A DNA stretch of 64,000 nt, taken from the IMG/VR virus record IMGVR_UViG_3300028840_004776, one strand, 5' to 3'. Within the stretch, counting starts at the first letter, position 1, and every line of letters starts with the position of its first letter. Positions 9,282-19,463 of the stretch are shown in pieces. Origin of the DNA: an uncultured virus (IMG/VR IMGVR_UViG_3300028840_004776). Its lineage: Duplodnaviria; Heunggongvirae; Uroviricota; Caudoviricetes. Position numbers and translations under genes: made by a program. The notes under the pieces are model-generated. The model did no database searches. It was not told where the DNA came from and saw nothing but the letters and a program-made list of their open reading frames with translations.

Positions 9282-9656
9282 ATGACAAATAAAAGACATG
9301 ATGATTATTATGTGGTTATTGGAGATAATAGATATACTGATCACAATGGTAATGTTTTTTATATTGATGAATATGGTAGGTTTCAAAAATGTGAAGTTAA
9401 TTTTTCTGAATTAAAACGTCAAATCAGTAGAGATTCTATGGATATTAATCAAATTTTTAGTCAAAAGCGTAAAAAAACAACAGTAAATAAAAAAGATAAT
9501 AATAATTATGATTATTTTGGTTTGAGTAAACAAGAATTAATAGAACAAAATAAAATACTTGAGAAACGAGTAGATTTGATCGCGACCAATACCAATGGAT
9601 TACAAACGGAGAAACCGCATTGCCGTCCGAAATGTCTAGTTTGTATCGAAGATTAA
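9282..9656 (+). CDS. hypothetical protein
   Basis: AAGGA RBS, 124-aa ORF. Confidence 0.6.
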   Translation: MTNKRHDDYYVVIGDNRYTDHNGNVFYIDEYGRFQKCEVNFSELKRQISRDSMDINQIFSQKRKKTTVNKKDNNNYDYFGLSKQELIEQNKILEKRVDLIATNTNGLQTEKPHCRPKCLVCIED

Positions 9657-9723
9657 CTAGTCAGTTTTACACATAAGTTATTTTGTACGATAAATGATTA
9701 ATTTTTTTTAAAGCCAAAAAAAC

Positions 9724-9767
9724 AAATAAGACACCAAAATAGTCATGAATGTTTTGGTGTCTTATTT
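9724..9767. terminator. perfect 16-bp inverted repeat, probable terminator hairpin
   Basis: AAATAAGACACCAAAA-12 nt-TTTTGGTGTCTTATTT, intergenic. Confidence 0.65.
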
Positions 9768-9793
9768 ATCTCAAGAAAAAACAAAAAAACTAT

Positions 9794-9822
9794 TTGAAAT
9801 TATTTACAAACAATGCTATTAT
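9794..9822 (+). promoter_or_regulatory. sigma70-like promoter with extended -10
   Basis: TTGAAA-17 bp-TATTAT with TGn, upstream of gene 9877. Confidence 0.6.
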
Positions 9823-9876
9823 CAAACAATAGAAATGTATTTAATCAATAATTACAAATAGAACGGAGAATTCCAA

Positions 9877-10233
9877 ATGACTATTTCAACTATTCCGTCA
9901 TTCGATGGCGGACAAAATTTGAATCCTGGGAATCGAAACAAAAGTGATGCAACCCTTGAAGAACTTTTGGATCAAATAAAAACGGATGTTGAAGCCATTG
10001 AAGATAGCGAGCAACACGGACGTGAAACCGCTGGCGGCGCCGGTGATGTCACAATCACGTTGCCAACGGCGTATGCTGACACCAACTACACAATTCAAGT
10101 AAGTGGTGAAGATACAGGGTCCGGAAATCCTGCACCGTACGTAAAAAATGATGCATCGGACAAAACCGCATCACAGTTTGTCGTAACCGTTGCTGCGGCA
10201 GGTGTAGTAAATTGGAACACAAAACATGATTAG
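9877..10233 (+). CDS. probable virion decoration/fibre-tip protein
   Basis: C-terminal VTITLPTAYADTNYTIQV...KTASQFVV...VNW beta-domain typical of phage fibre tips; GGAG RBS. Confidence 0.5.
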   Translation: MTISTIPSFDGGQNLNPGNRNKSDATLEELLDQIKTDVEAIEDSEQHGRETAGGAGDVTITLPTAYADTNYTIQVSGEDTGSGNPAPYVKNDASDKTASQFVVTVAAAGVVNWNTKHD

Positions 10234-10314
10234 AATTCATTTCACATAACATATCGCAAAATATATTTTAATCTGCTCACTTCCTACCTTATAGGTAATA
10301 AGGAGAAAGAGATA

Positions 10315-11484
10315 ATGAAACAAAAAGAATTTTGTGAAAAGTGTTTTGATAATCTTGAATCTAATATAAAAATATTAGACGATTATTGGCCGATAATCGG
10401 AGAAACAATTTTATCAAAACACGAATCAAACTATGTTGTTGATTTGATTTTTCAAATCTCACATGGAAAAATTCATAAAATGTTCAATGGTCGACTTTCT
10501 CCTTATTATCCCACTCCAAAAAAATATATTGATGCCGTAAAAAATCAAAATAGAAATTGGTTTGTTCTTCACGCAACCGGAGGTGTTAGTATAAAGCCAG
10601 TATTAACATGGTTTTCTGGTTTGGCAAGAGAAGACAGAGACGGAGCAATTAGATTACGCGGTGGCTCATCTCATTTTGTTGTTGAGCACGACGGTACCCC
10701 ATGGGTTTTAATTCCGCTAACCGATGGTGCGTGGCACTGTTATCAACGGAACAGAGATTCAATTGCGATTGAATTAATAAATACAACATGGTTGGATTAC
10801 AGAAACGGAAAGTATTATTGGTGGAATGGTTTATACAAACTACCATATAAACCAATAAAAATAAGTAAAAAATTTCGTGGCAAAAGGTACTTTCAGCCAT
10901 ATGATGAAAGACAGATAATAACAACATTCAAACTTATGCGATTGGTTATTAGTGCAATAGGTAAAGAAAAATTTTCAATAGAACGTGTGACTTCTCATAC
11001 AGATTGGAGTAAAAAGAAGTTTGATCCAGGTCCATTGTTTCCATTTGATATTTTAACAAAAGATGTTTTTGGTTTTGAAAAAATGTCAAACATTGAATGG
11101 ATACAAGCGTTTCAAGATCAGAATAATCAAAGTTTTGATACAGATACAACGGTTGATAAAGATGAATTAAAGCAATTATTTGATATTCAAACTTGTTCTG
11201 AAACACAAGATGAGTTTGATCATTCATATAGACCTGTGGATTTTAATTATAAAATACAAAAACAATTAGTAAAACTTGGGTTATTAAATTCTAGACATAT
11301 TAATGGGATTTTTGGTTCTGCAACAAAACAAGCGGTTAGAAATTTTCAAATTTCTTGGAATGTTAGAAACAAAAAAGATCAAATAAAAGTTGATGGAATA
11401 CCAGGTCCACAAACAATGAGCAGAATATTTGTATATAAACACAACTTGATGCATACACAAATACAACAAATAAGAGGAATTTAA
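10315..11484 (+). CDS. endolysin: N-acetylmuramoyl-L-alanine amidase (Amidase_2) with C-terminal peptidoglycan-binding domain
   Basis: VLHATG, SSHFVV, AWHC, SIAIE, H...K.DPG; C-terminal GIFGSATKQAVRNFQ...VDGIPGPQT. Confidence 0.88.
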   Translation: MKQKEFCEKCFDNLESNIKILDDYWPIIGETILSKHESNYVVDLIFQISHGKIHKMFNGRLSPYYPTPKKYIDAVKNQNRNWFVLHATGGVSIKPVLTWFSGLAREDRDGAIRLRGGSSHFVVEHDGTPWVLIPLTDGAWHCYQRNRDSIAIELINTTWLDYRNGKYYWWNGLYKLPYKPIKISKKFRGKRYFQPYDERQIITTFKLMRLVISAIGKEKFSIERVTSHTDWSKKKFDPGPLFPFDILTKDVFGFEKMSNIEWIQAFQDQNNQSFDTDTTVDKDELKQLFDIQTCSETQDEFDHSYRPVDFNYKIQKQLVKLGLLNSRHINGIFGSATKQAVRNFQISWNVRNKKDQIKVDGIPGPQTMSRIFVYKHNLMHTQIQQIRGI

Positions 11485-11486
11485 TA

Positions 11487-11789
11487 ATGCCAAAAAAACT
11501 TGCATTAAACAAAGATCAATTTATTACGCTAGGTTTTGATAACCAAGACAGTGATGAGATCAAAAATGAAATAATTATATTAGATGGTTGTGTAAGAAAT
11601 ATTCCACAATACATGAATGGACAAATTTATGATTGTGATAAAAAATTGATTGCTCGTATCAAGATAGAAGATATTGAAACGGCAAATGGATTGATTTATG
11701 GATTACAGGTAATAATAAATAATTTGAAGCAAGTACAAAGAGAAAATAAATTTATTAAAAAAACAACCAAACAGGAGATGCTCCATTGA
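11487..11789 (+). CDS. hypothetical protein
   Basis: Operon-packed ORF. Confidence 0.6.
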   Translation: MPKKLALNKDQFITLGFDNQDSDEIKNEIIILDGCVRNIPQYMNGQIYDCDKKLIARIKIEDIETANGLIYGLQVIINNLKQVQRENKFIKKTTKQEMLH

Positions 11790-12040
11790 TTGTTGAGATT
11801 ATTGCTGTTGTTAAATGCGATATGATGCTTTGTGATGAATGTGGTAAAGCAACCAGAAATGGAAAAATTGAATATTATAACAATGGAAGTATTGAATTTT
11901 TTCCGCCGGAAAATTGGAAAAAAGTTAACAGATTTAAATTCTTATGTGAAAATTGTACAAAAATCAAAGAACTTCCAATAAAAATATTAAATAATGAAAC
12001 AATATCACATGAGGATATACCACACAGGATAAAAAAATGA
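11786..12040 (+). CDS. small zinc-finger protein
   Basis: CDEC...W.....LCENC; AGGAG RBS. Confidence 0.55.
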   Translation: MIVEIIAVVKCDMMLCDECGKATRNGKIEYYNNGSIEFFPPENWKKVNRFKFLCENCTKIKELPIKILNNETISHEDIPHRIKK

Positions 12041-12612
12041 AACAAAAAACAGATTCAGTATTTGTGGTTTTGGTTATATTTTTGACCGGTATATTGATAT
12101 CATGCGGCACACAAACCCCATGGGGTACCGGTAATGCGTTGCTAGCAACTGTTGCAAAAACTGTTGCGTATACGGATTTGCATGTTAGTGAAATGATTTC
12201 TAAATCATTAAACAAAGCACAACAAGATGTTGTCAAAGAAGCAGCACAAGACAAGGTGATTAGATTAGCTTGTTTGAATCAAAATATACATTCTGATTTA
12301 TGTTCTCCAGAAAAAAGTTCTCAGTATTATATTGGTAGATATAGAGAATTGATAAAATCAGTCGAATCTGCTGTTTATTATTTAGAAACAACTAGAGATT
12401 TGATAATTATTGGTGATTCAATACTTCGTGAATGGAGGAACACAAAAAGACTTCCTGTTGAATTTAATGCATGGTGTCTTGATTTGACTGATTCTTTGCA
12501 ATTAACATATGAATTTATTGATGACATTGGTATTGATTTAAATATTAATACCAAATCAATAATTAATACAATTAAACAAATATGTGTTTTAGGTCAAAAA
12601 AATGAGTTTTGA
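12037..12612 (+). CDS. predicted lipoprotein
   Basis: Basic N-terminus, hydrophobic stretch and LISC lipobox. Confidence 0.6.
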   Translation: MKQKTDSVFVVLVIFLTGILISCGTQTPWGTGNALLATVAKTVAYTDLHVSEMISKSLNKAQQDVVKEAAQDKVIRLACLNQNIHSDLCSPEKSSQYYIGRYRELIKSVESAVYYLETTRDLIIIGDSILREWRNTKRLPVEFNAWCLDLTDSLQLTYEFIDDIGIDLNINTKSIINTIKQICVLGQKNEF

Positions 12613-12787
12613 AATATTAGCAATAGAAATAGCAAAATTTTTTGTTACTGAATTACATAGTGCAATAAAGAACGGTAACAAACAACGGTTTGATGAAATT
12701 GTTAATATATTACCCAGTGATCTTAAATCAAGAATCAAATTAGAAAAGTGTGAATATGAATTAAAACAAAAATTAGGAGAAATATAA
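12602..12787 (+). CDS. hypothetical protein
   Basis: Overlaps both neighbours. Confidence 0.55.
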   Translation: MSFEILAIEIAKFFVTELHSAIKNGNKQRFDEIVNILPSDLKSRIKLEKCEYELKQKLGEI

Positions 12788-13065
12788 TGGTTTACAGAGA
12801 AGTAGTTAATGGCAAAGCGTCGCCAGGAGAAATTATTCATTTTGGGTTTATTGCAAAATATATCAATGTTCGATATATTGATGGATCAAACCCATTGGAA
12901 TTTTCATTTTACAATGACTCTGGTGGAGATCCAGTTATTGCTGGGGCGGTTGATGCTAGCGGTGGTACAAATGAAATACAAATAGAAATGGAAGTAAATG
13001 GTTATTCTAGAATCGCTATTATTGGTGGAACCGGAGATTCGGTTGAAGTTAGGGCGTGGCAATAA
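12787..13065 (+). CDS. hypothetical beta-rich, possibly structural protein
   Basis: AGGAG RBS, TAATG coupling. Confidence 0.6.
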   Translation: MVYREVVNGKASPGEIIHFGFIAKYINVRYIDGSNPLEFSFYNDSGGDPVIAGAVDASGGTNEIQIEMEVNGYSRIAIIGGTGDSVEVRAWQ

Positions 13066-13108
13066 CAACAGATTGATTATTTTTTGTTGTTTTATTAAGA
13101 GATTTTAG

Positions 13109-14962
13109 ATGAAAAAAAATAATAATAAAAAACTTAAAAAAGATAAAATTCTTTCTGGGGAAAATTCTGTAATAAATAGCTCAAATTTATTAGACATTTC
13201 TCAATCAATGAGTAAAGCATTTGAGAATGCCGGTGCAATAGAACCGCCGCTTGATCCATTAAAACTTGTTCGACTTGTTTCCGTTTCCAATGCATTGCGT
13301 CAATCAATCGAAACAATGGTTACAAACATTCATTGCACTGGTCATGAGTTTATTCCGAGAATAGATTTAGACAATGAAAGCATTTTTGATACAATAAAAC
13401 AACAAATTATTCTTGAGCGCGAGTGGGAAATAGAATATAGATCTAAATTAAACAATGATGAGATAAATGATTTTATTGAACCAACAAATGATGAAGTAAA
13501 TCAACGAATAGAAGCATTAAAGCTTCAAATGATTAGAGAAAGAGCTAAATTAAAATATTTTTTCAATAATGCAGCCGAAGGTATTTCATTTTCCAGATTG
13601 CGCAAAAAACTTGGAATTGATCAAGAATCTGTAGGGTATGCAGCGTGGGAGATTCGTAGAAATATTCGTGGTGAACCTAGAAAAATAAAACACGGTCCAT
13701 CGTGGACATTTCGAGCATTGCCAGAAATGGAGCCAATTACAATCCAGACTCGTGTTCAAATTTCTGATATAAAATGGGAGTATGAAACAGAAAACAGAAG
13801 GTTCCGAAAATTTGTTCAAGTTCATGAAGGAAGAGAAATATATTTTAAAGAATTTTGTGATCCTCGTGTAATGTCTGCTCAAACGGGAAAATTTTATAAA
13901 GATAGAAATGAATTACTAAAAAAAGAAGGCAAAGATTCGTTTGAGGCCACTGAAATTATGTGGTTTAAGTTTGATATTCCGGAAAGTGATATTTATGGGT
14001 TATGCCGTTGGTCCGGAAATGTTTTGTCCGTTATCGGTTCAAGAGAAGTTGAAGAAATTAATTTAATGTTTTTTGATAACAAGGCTATTCCACCATTGGC
14101 TGTTTTGGTTTCCGGTGGAACATTAGCTAAAAAATCAAAAAGTAGTCTTGAAAAAATTATTAGACATCACATAAAAGGGAAAGAAAATTTTCATAAAATA
14201 TTGATACTTGAAGCCGAACCGATAAAAAATGCGTTACCTATTCAAGGTCAGTCTGGACAAAATTCAGTTAGAATAGAGCTAATTCCATTAACGGAAGCAA
14301 TATTCCAAGATCAAATTTGGGGTAAATATGATGAGGCAAACCGTCATAAAATCGGACAATCATTTCGGGTTGCTCCGTTATTGCGCGGAGACACAAAGGA
14401 TTTTAATCGAGCAACTGCAAATGCTGCACTTGAATATGCTGAAAAAATGGTTTTTGCGCTAGAAAGAAATGATTTTGATTTTCAAATAAATTCACAATTG
14501 CTTCCAGAGTTAGATATTTGGTTGTGGAAATTTAAATCAAACGGACCAAAGATTGATAAAACAGATCAAGTCATTGAGCATATTGTAAAATTAGTTGAAA
14601 CCGTGATTACCCCGGATGAAGCACGGGTTATTTTAAGTGGATTACTAGATATTGAATTACCAAAATTTGATAATGATTGGTCAAAGGTTCCATTAAAATA
14701 TGCTCTTGCTGGGTACTTGGTAAGCTCTCAAACTAATCAAGATTTTTCAGAACGATTAAGTAAGATAGCAAAATTTGACGAATTACAGGAATTTAGTAAA
14801 AGTTATACAAAAAACAATAACAAATCTCATATTGGCGATAACATGGATTCATTTGTTTTTGATGATAACAAAAAAGAACCACAGACTGAAACCATAAGAG
14901 TTTCACAGGATACAATGAATCAATTGTTTGAATTTCCAGAAATAAATACAATAAATGAGTAA
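13109..14962 (+). CDS. portal protein (PBSX-like)
   Basis: GYAAWEIRRN..GEP, EIMWFK...SDIYGLCRW, N..FFDNKAIP, F.V.P.L.G...NRATA, ITPDEAR. Confidence 0.88.
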   Translation: MKKNNNKKLKKDKILSGENSVINSSNLLDISQSMSKAFENAGAIEPPLDPLKLVRLVSVSNALRQSIETMVTNIHCTGHEFIPRIDLDNESIFDTIKQQIILEREWEIEYRSKLNNDEINDFIEPTNDEVNQRIEALKLQMIRERAKLKYFFNNAAEGISFSRLRKKLGIDQESVGYAAWEIRRNIRGEPRKIKHGPSWTFRALPEMEPITIQTRVQISDIKWEYETENRRFRKFVQVHEGREIYFKEFCDPRVMSAQTGKFYKDRNELLKKEGKDSFEATEIMWFKFDIPESDIYGLCRWSGNVLSVIGSREVEEINLMFFDNKAIPPLAVLVSGGTLAKKSKSSLEKIIRHHIKGKENFHKILILEAEPIKNALPIQGQSGQNSVRIELIPLTEAIFQDQIWGKYDEANRHKIGQSFRVAPLLRGDTKDFNRATANAALEYAEKMVFALERNDFDFQINSQLLPELDIWLWKFKSNGPKIDKTDQVIEHIVKLVETVITPDEARVILSGLLDIELPKFDNDWSKVPLKYALAGYLVSSQTNQDFSERLSKIAKFDELQEFSKSYTKNNNKSHIGDNMDSFVFDDNKKEPQTETIRVSQDTMNQLFEFPEINTINE

Positions 14963-14965
14963 ATC

Positions 14966-15718
14966 ATGAGTTACTTAATAAACGGAGATTATAAAGATGT
15001 AAAAATAAAAGAATTATTTGGAGAAGTTAATTTATTTATTGTTGATCCACCTTATGGTAGAATAGTTAGTGATTCATATGATAGAATAAGCCCAAAAGAA
15101 TTAGTCAATGAATTAATTAGATTGTTTTATTGGATTTCTAAATACGCAAAAAAAGGTGCAACAGTTTATTGTTTTGGTGGAATTGGAACATATAGAAATA
15201 GACCATTTTTTGAGTTTTTATCAAGAATAGAGTTTGAATCAGATTTTAGAATACACAATTTTCTGACATGGAAAAAGCGGCGTGGGTATGGTGCGAAATA
15301 TAATTATATGTACGCACGCGAAGAAATAGCAATGTTTGTTTATGATGATAAAAAACCAAACTGTTTTAATATTCCATTACTCAATAATGAGCGTAGTGAT
15401 GAATGGAAAAAGCGATTAGAAAAACAAAAATATAAACCTAAAAGTGATAGAATGCGGCGTAGTAATGTATTTACTGATATTAATGAAATATTCAGAAATC
15501 AACACAAAAATAGCAATCTACTTGTTTCTGCACAAAAACCAGAAAAACTTATTCAGGTTTTAGTAGAAACTAGTAGCAATTTAGGTGATATTGTTATTGA
15601 TCCAATGGCTGGATCAGGAACAACCGCTGTTGTTTGTTCTGAGCTTTGTCGGAAATTTGTTTGCATAGAAAGAGATACAGAAGTTTTTAATATAATACAA
15701 AAAAGAATAAATAAATGA
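14966..15718 (+). CDS. DNA amino-methyltransferase (beta class), orphan
   Basis: IVDPPY, AQKPEKL, DPMAGSGTT. Confidence 0.9.
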   Translation: MSYLINGDYKDVKIKELFGEVNLFIVDPPYGRIVSDSYDRISPKELVNELIRLFYWISKYAKKGATVYCFGGIGTYRNRPFFEFLSRIEFESDFRIHNFLTWKKRRGYGAKYNYMYAREEIAMFVYDDKKPNCFNIPLLNNERSDEWKKRLEKQKYKPKSDRMRRSNVFTDINEIFRNQHKNSNLLVSAQKPEKLIQVLVETSSNLGDIVIDPMAGSGTTAVVCSELCRKFVCIERDTEVFNIIQKRINK

Positions 15719-16263
15719 ACATAAGATCAAAAAAACATATGCTCAAATTGTTTTATGAAAACAAGCTTGGAAATAGACTTCAAGTATGGCACACAAAGGA
15801 AGATCTGTTAAAATCCGTTGATGATGGATTTGATGGATTGATTGGTATTCGGTATATAGGAAAACCTGGGCTTCCATATTACCATCATAAAACGCCTGAA
15901 GAAGCAATTGAAATCATAGACAATATCAATACAACGAAATATCCTGTTTTATTTTTTGAAGCAAGCCAAGATCAATATATAATTTTTCAAGGTGAAATAA
16001 CAGAATACCCATGGGGTTATGGGTTAGAATACACAACAAAACGTACTCATATGAGAGTTGCATTCAAACAAGAAAGAAAATCTATATTTAGCAATAGAAT
16101 ACCTTCGATAATACAAGCCAATTTTAATAAACAAAGTCTTGATGATTTATTATTATTATTCAAAGAATACCCATATTCAACAATAGAATTTTCATGTTAT
16201 GAAATATTAGTTGGAATTTTTAGTGGCAGAAATGTTTGTCATTGGGAAGTTAGGCATTATTGA
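15715..16263 (+). CDS. hypothetical protein
   Basis: ATGA-type overlap with the methyltransferase stop; 182 aa. Confidence 0.7.
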   Translation: MNIRSKKHMLKLFYENKLGNRLQVWHTKEDLLKSVDDGFDGLIGIRYIGKPGLPYYHHKTPEEAIEIIDNINTTKYPVLFFEASQDQYIIFQGEITEYPWGYGLEYTTKRTHMRVAFKQERKSIFSNRIPSIIQANFNKQSLDDLLLLFKEYPYSTIEFSCYEILVGIFSGRNVCHWEVRHY

Positions 16264-16281
16264 TAAAAAAAGGATAAAAAA

Positions 16282-16578
16282 ATGGATAAAACCAAAGAAT
16301 CAAATTTAACAACAAAGACAAAGATAACAAGATACGAACCAGTGACACCTCGTTATCTTCGTGATTGTTTAGATGGTGTATATGCATCGAGTACGACTGG
16401 TACAATTTTATATATTGTCATTGGTCAAGTAGTATTATCTATAAATAATCATAGTTTTATAGATGGATATGGTAAAAATTCCGCAATTTTAAAACAAACA
16501 ACAGTTGTTCCATTTGTTGGTGAGATTGATATTAAATTCAATAATAACATATTTGGATCTCATGATGAAAACAAATAA
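16282..16578 (+). CDS. hypothetical protein
   Basis: AAGGA RBS. Confidence 0.6.
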   Translation: MDKTKESNLTTKTKITRYEPVTPRYLRDCLDGVYASSTTGTILYIVIGQVVLSINNHSFIDGYGKNSAILKQTTVVPFVGEIDIKFNNNIFGSHDENK

Positions 16579-16903
16579 AAAACCATACAAACCATACAAA
16601 GAAACAATACTTTATCGCAGTGATACAATACAAAATAAAATATATCTTACAAGAAAAACAAAACAATTTGTTATCGGTGTTCGTGATTATGGATCAATAT
16701 CATATATTATGGCTGGCATACGAGATACAGAAAGTGGTATTCCACAAGATTCAACAGAGGATTTAAAATGCATCTGTGAATACAACAAAGAAAATTTGTC
16801 AACATTTATAAGTATATGCAGAGAACTAATTCCAATATTTAGTACAGAGCAAAGCAAGATTGTATTAAATAATTTGGATGATTTTTATAAAAAAAAACAA
16901 TAA
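16562..16903 (+). CDS. hypothetical protein
   Basis: ATG 16562, in frame with the tracked ORF. Confidence 0.55.
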   Translation: MMKTNKKPYKPYKETILYRSDTIQNKIYLTRKTKQFVIGVRDYGSISYIMAGIRDTESGIPQDSTEDLKCICEYNKENLSTFISICRELIPIFSTEQSKIVLNNLDDFYKKKQ

Positions 16904-16909
16904 CAAAAA

Positions 16910-18148
16910 ATGAAACTTCAACAAATACTTAATGAAGAATATTTTTTGATTTCACCCGTAAGAATAACAAAAAGTTATTTTTCAAACAATGGTTTGTTTA
17001 ATTCATTTATTTTGATTTCATATGATCAAAATAATAATAATATCAATAAAATACAAAGAACAACTGATAAAAATATTGAAAGAGAAATAATAGAATTATT
17101 TGATTTGTATCGGAATCCAATACTTATAGGTCAATTATCTGGATTTGATCAAGGCAATAATTCTGTTTGGAAATCAAGATATCGTGTAATAAAAGATACA
17201 CCAGATCCATTAAGCGTTGATGCGTTTGATTCGTGGACAAAACAACTTGCACGACAAATGATTGGTTCTTCAATTGGTGAAGCGGATCATATTATTGAAG
17301 AACTTTCTGAGTGGATAAATTTTGATTTTGATGACAGACAAAAATTCAGAATAGCACAACAAAGAATCATAGCAACAGTAAGTAATCCACGTGGAATATA
17401 TCTTAGGGCTCAACAAATAAATCTTGGAAATGCGCTTAATAAAATAATGTCTAAAGTATCTGGTAGAATGACAAGAATTCCCGATACCCGTGGGAGATTA
17501 GCAGCAGGATTTAATATTCCTGATAAGGTTGCAATTGATATGGTTCGACATCAACCATTTTGGATCAAGGACCGTTATGGAAATATTGCCCCAAATTTAT
17601 CAGAACAAGCAAGAAAAATTATTGAGCATGGATTGGCTCAAGGATATGGCCGTGAGACCATTGCAAAAGCTCTTGAACGACAGATAAGAGATGGGTATGT
17701 ACAAAAGGGCTATTGGCAAACCGTGGCCTCAAACGCCGTTGCACGGGCACGATCATACTCCGTTGGATATTCATATCGATCAGCCGGGATTCAATTTTGT
17801 AAAATAGAAGCGGTTATGGATGAACGGACAACGGAAACATGTTTGATGCTTCATAATAGATTAATTCCAGTTGACGGAGCTATGGCATTACAAGATAGAA
17901 TTTTGCGTGATAATAACCCACGGAGCGTTATGGAACATGCTCCGTTTATTAGTGAAGATTCAGAACGTGTTTTTGTGCGATATCCGGATGAATCTGAACG
18001 GACTATTGCACGGATTAATTCATCCGGTCGCGGAACAGGAAGACCTGGATCTTATTCTTCCGTATTAGCTGGAACGCAATTGGTATCAGCGTCTGTTGGG
18101 TTTCCACCGTATCATCATAGATGTCGAACAACGACAGTTGCTGTTTGA
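16910..18148 (+). CDS. head morphogenesis protein (SPP1 gp7/MuF family)
   Basis: AVMDERTTETCLMLH and terminal PPYHHRCRTT. Confidence 0.88.
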   Translation: MKLQQILNEEYFLISPVRITKSYFSNNGLFNSFILISYDQNNNNINKIQRTTDKNIEREIIELFDLYRNPILIGQLSGFDQGNNSVWKSRYRVIKDTPDPLSVDAFDSWTKQLARQMIGSSIGEADHIIEELSEWINFDFDDRQKFRIAQQRIIATVSNPRGIYLRAQQINLGNALNKIMSKVSGRMTRIPDTRGRLAAGFNIPDKVAIDMVRHQPFWIKDRYGNIAPNLSEQARKIIEHGLAQGYGRETIAKALERQIRDGYVQKGYWQTVASNAVARARSYSVGYSYRSAGIQFCKIEAVMDERTTETCLMLHNRLIPVDGAMALQDRILRDNNPRSVMEHAPFISEDSERVFVRYPDESERTIARINSSGRGTGRPGSYSSVLAGTQLVSASVGFPPYHHRCRTTTVAV

Positions 18149-18380
18149 TTTTTTTCTTGATTACTAAATTGTTTGTGTTATAATAATTATGCAGCAAGTA
18201 ACTTGATAAAAATTCATATCCCTTTTTTCTTTAAACAAAGACTTTCTATTGAAAGTCTTTGTTTTTTTTCTTGATTTTGAATTTATATATTGTATTGTAT
18301 AGATAGATTTTTCATTACAGTAACCCCATGGGGTCATGTTTTGTACCTCTAACATGATTCCACGGGGTTTTTTATTACGA

Positions 18381-18639
18381 AGATATCTTTCAAGATAAGT
18401 TGAAAGATTAAAAAAATGTTTTTGGTTCTTAAACAAAAAGAATATCTTTTGAGATATCTTTCAAGATAAGTTGAAAGATTAAAAAAATGTTTTTGGTTCT
18501 TAAACAAAAAGAATATCTTTTGAGATATCTTTCAAGATAAGTTGAAAGATTAAAAAAATGTTTTTGGTTTTTAAACAAAAAGAATATCTTTTGAGATATC
18601 TTTCAAGATAAGTTGAAAGATTAAAAAAATGTTTTTGGT
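18381..18639. repeat. 71-bp tandem repeat, about 3.6 copies, with internal inverted repeats
   Basis: Units start at 18381, 18452, 18523 and 18594; one mismatch in unit 3. Confidence 0.95.
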
Positions 18640-18640
18640 A

Positions 18641-19285
18641 CTATCTCCACAAATAATATCTATTATTTACTAAATCAATATCATGCAATGTAAAATCGCA
18701 ATCGCATGGTGTTGGATCGCTCATGCATGAATTCAAATCAACTGTATGTGGACGCCCTGGATCATCTATTAAACCAAATGTATGACCTATTTCGTGTTTT
18801 CTTATATCAATTCTGCATCGATTGCTACCATAATCCCATTGTTCATTTATTGTAATTTCTACTGTAGTTATTTCTTGAGATCTATTCAAATATAATAATG
18901 CTTTTCCACGTATATGATTTTCTATAAATTTTTTATTAGTGGTTATTATTCCTTTTTTGTTTTGTGTGCTTTGATTGGTTACATCTAAGTAATCAATTGA
19001 TTCATCATAAATAAAATATTCATCATCGAATGCATTGTTTGTTTCTTCTATTGCAATTTTCCATAGTTCTATGTCATCATTAGCAGAAACAACAACAACC
19101 CATGGGAGTATGGCTGGTATTAATTCGTTACCATTTTCGATAATGAAATCATTATCGATTGCATTTAGTCTTTTTTCTCTTATGTCTTCACATCCCGTAT
19201 TAAAAATCATTAAATAAGTTATAAAGTACACAAAGAGAAGTATCCCCAAAGATTCATAAACAATAAATACAATTCCTTTTTTCAT
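18641..19285 (-). CDS. lipoprotein zinc metalloprotease (metzincin/matrixin-like)
   Basis: Hydrophobic leader ending NTGC; HEIGHTFGLID zinc motif; SCMSDP Met-turn. Confidence 0.75.
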   Translation of the reverse strand: MKKGIVFIVYESLGILLFVYFITYLMIFNTGCEDIREKRLNAIDNDFIIENGNELIPAILPWVVVVSANDDIELWKIAIEETNNAFDDEYFIYDESIDYLDVTNQSTQNKKGIITTNKKFIENHIRGKALLYLNRSQEITTVEITINEQWDYGSNRCRIDIRKHEIGHTFGLIDDPGRPHTVDLNSCMSDPTPCDCDFTLHDIDLVNNRYYLWR

Positions 19286-19295
19286 AACTAACTCC

Positions 19296-19445
19296 TTATA
19301 TCCATGTTGTTAGTAACCATTCCATGCACTCGTTGTGTGAATATCCTTCTTTTATGCATGATTTGTATTGTATATTGGTAATAATGATTATACACAATAT
19401 GCAAAATATCAACATAATAATCAACCATAAATTTTTATTATTCAT
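19296..19445 (-). CDS. small membrane protein (49 aa)
   Basis: AAGGA RBS; MNNKNLWLIIMLIFCILCIIIIT...WLLTTWI*. Confidence 0.55.
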   Translation of the reverse strand: MNNKNLWLIIMLIFCILCIIIITNIQYKSCIKEGYSHNECMEWLLTTWI

Positions 19446-19463
19446 TAATTATCCTTTTTTTGT

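Noticed and set aside
18164..18436. 90-aa - strand ORF as a toxin partner of the 71-bp array
   Set aside because: Starts inside the repeat without an RBS and is much shorter than type III toxins; no recognisable motifs.
18381..18639. CRISPR array
   Set aside because: Whole 71-bp units are identical apart from one base; no unique spacers and no cas genes in the window.
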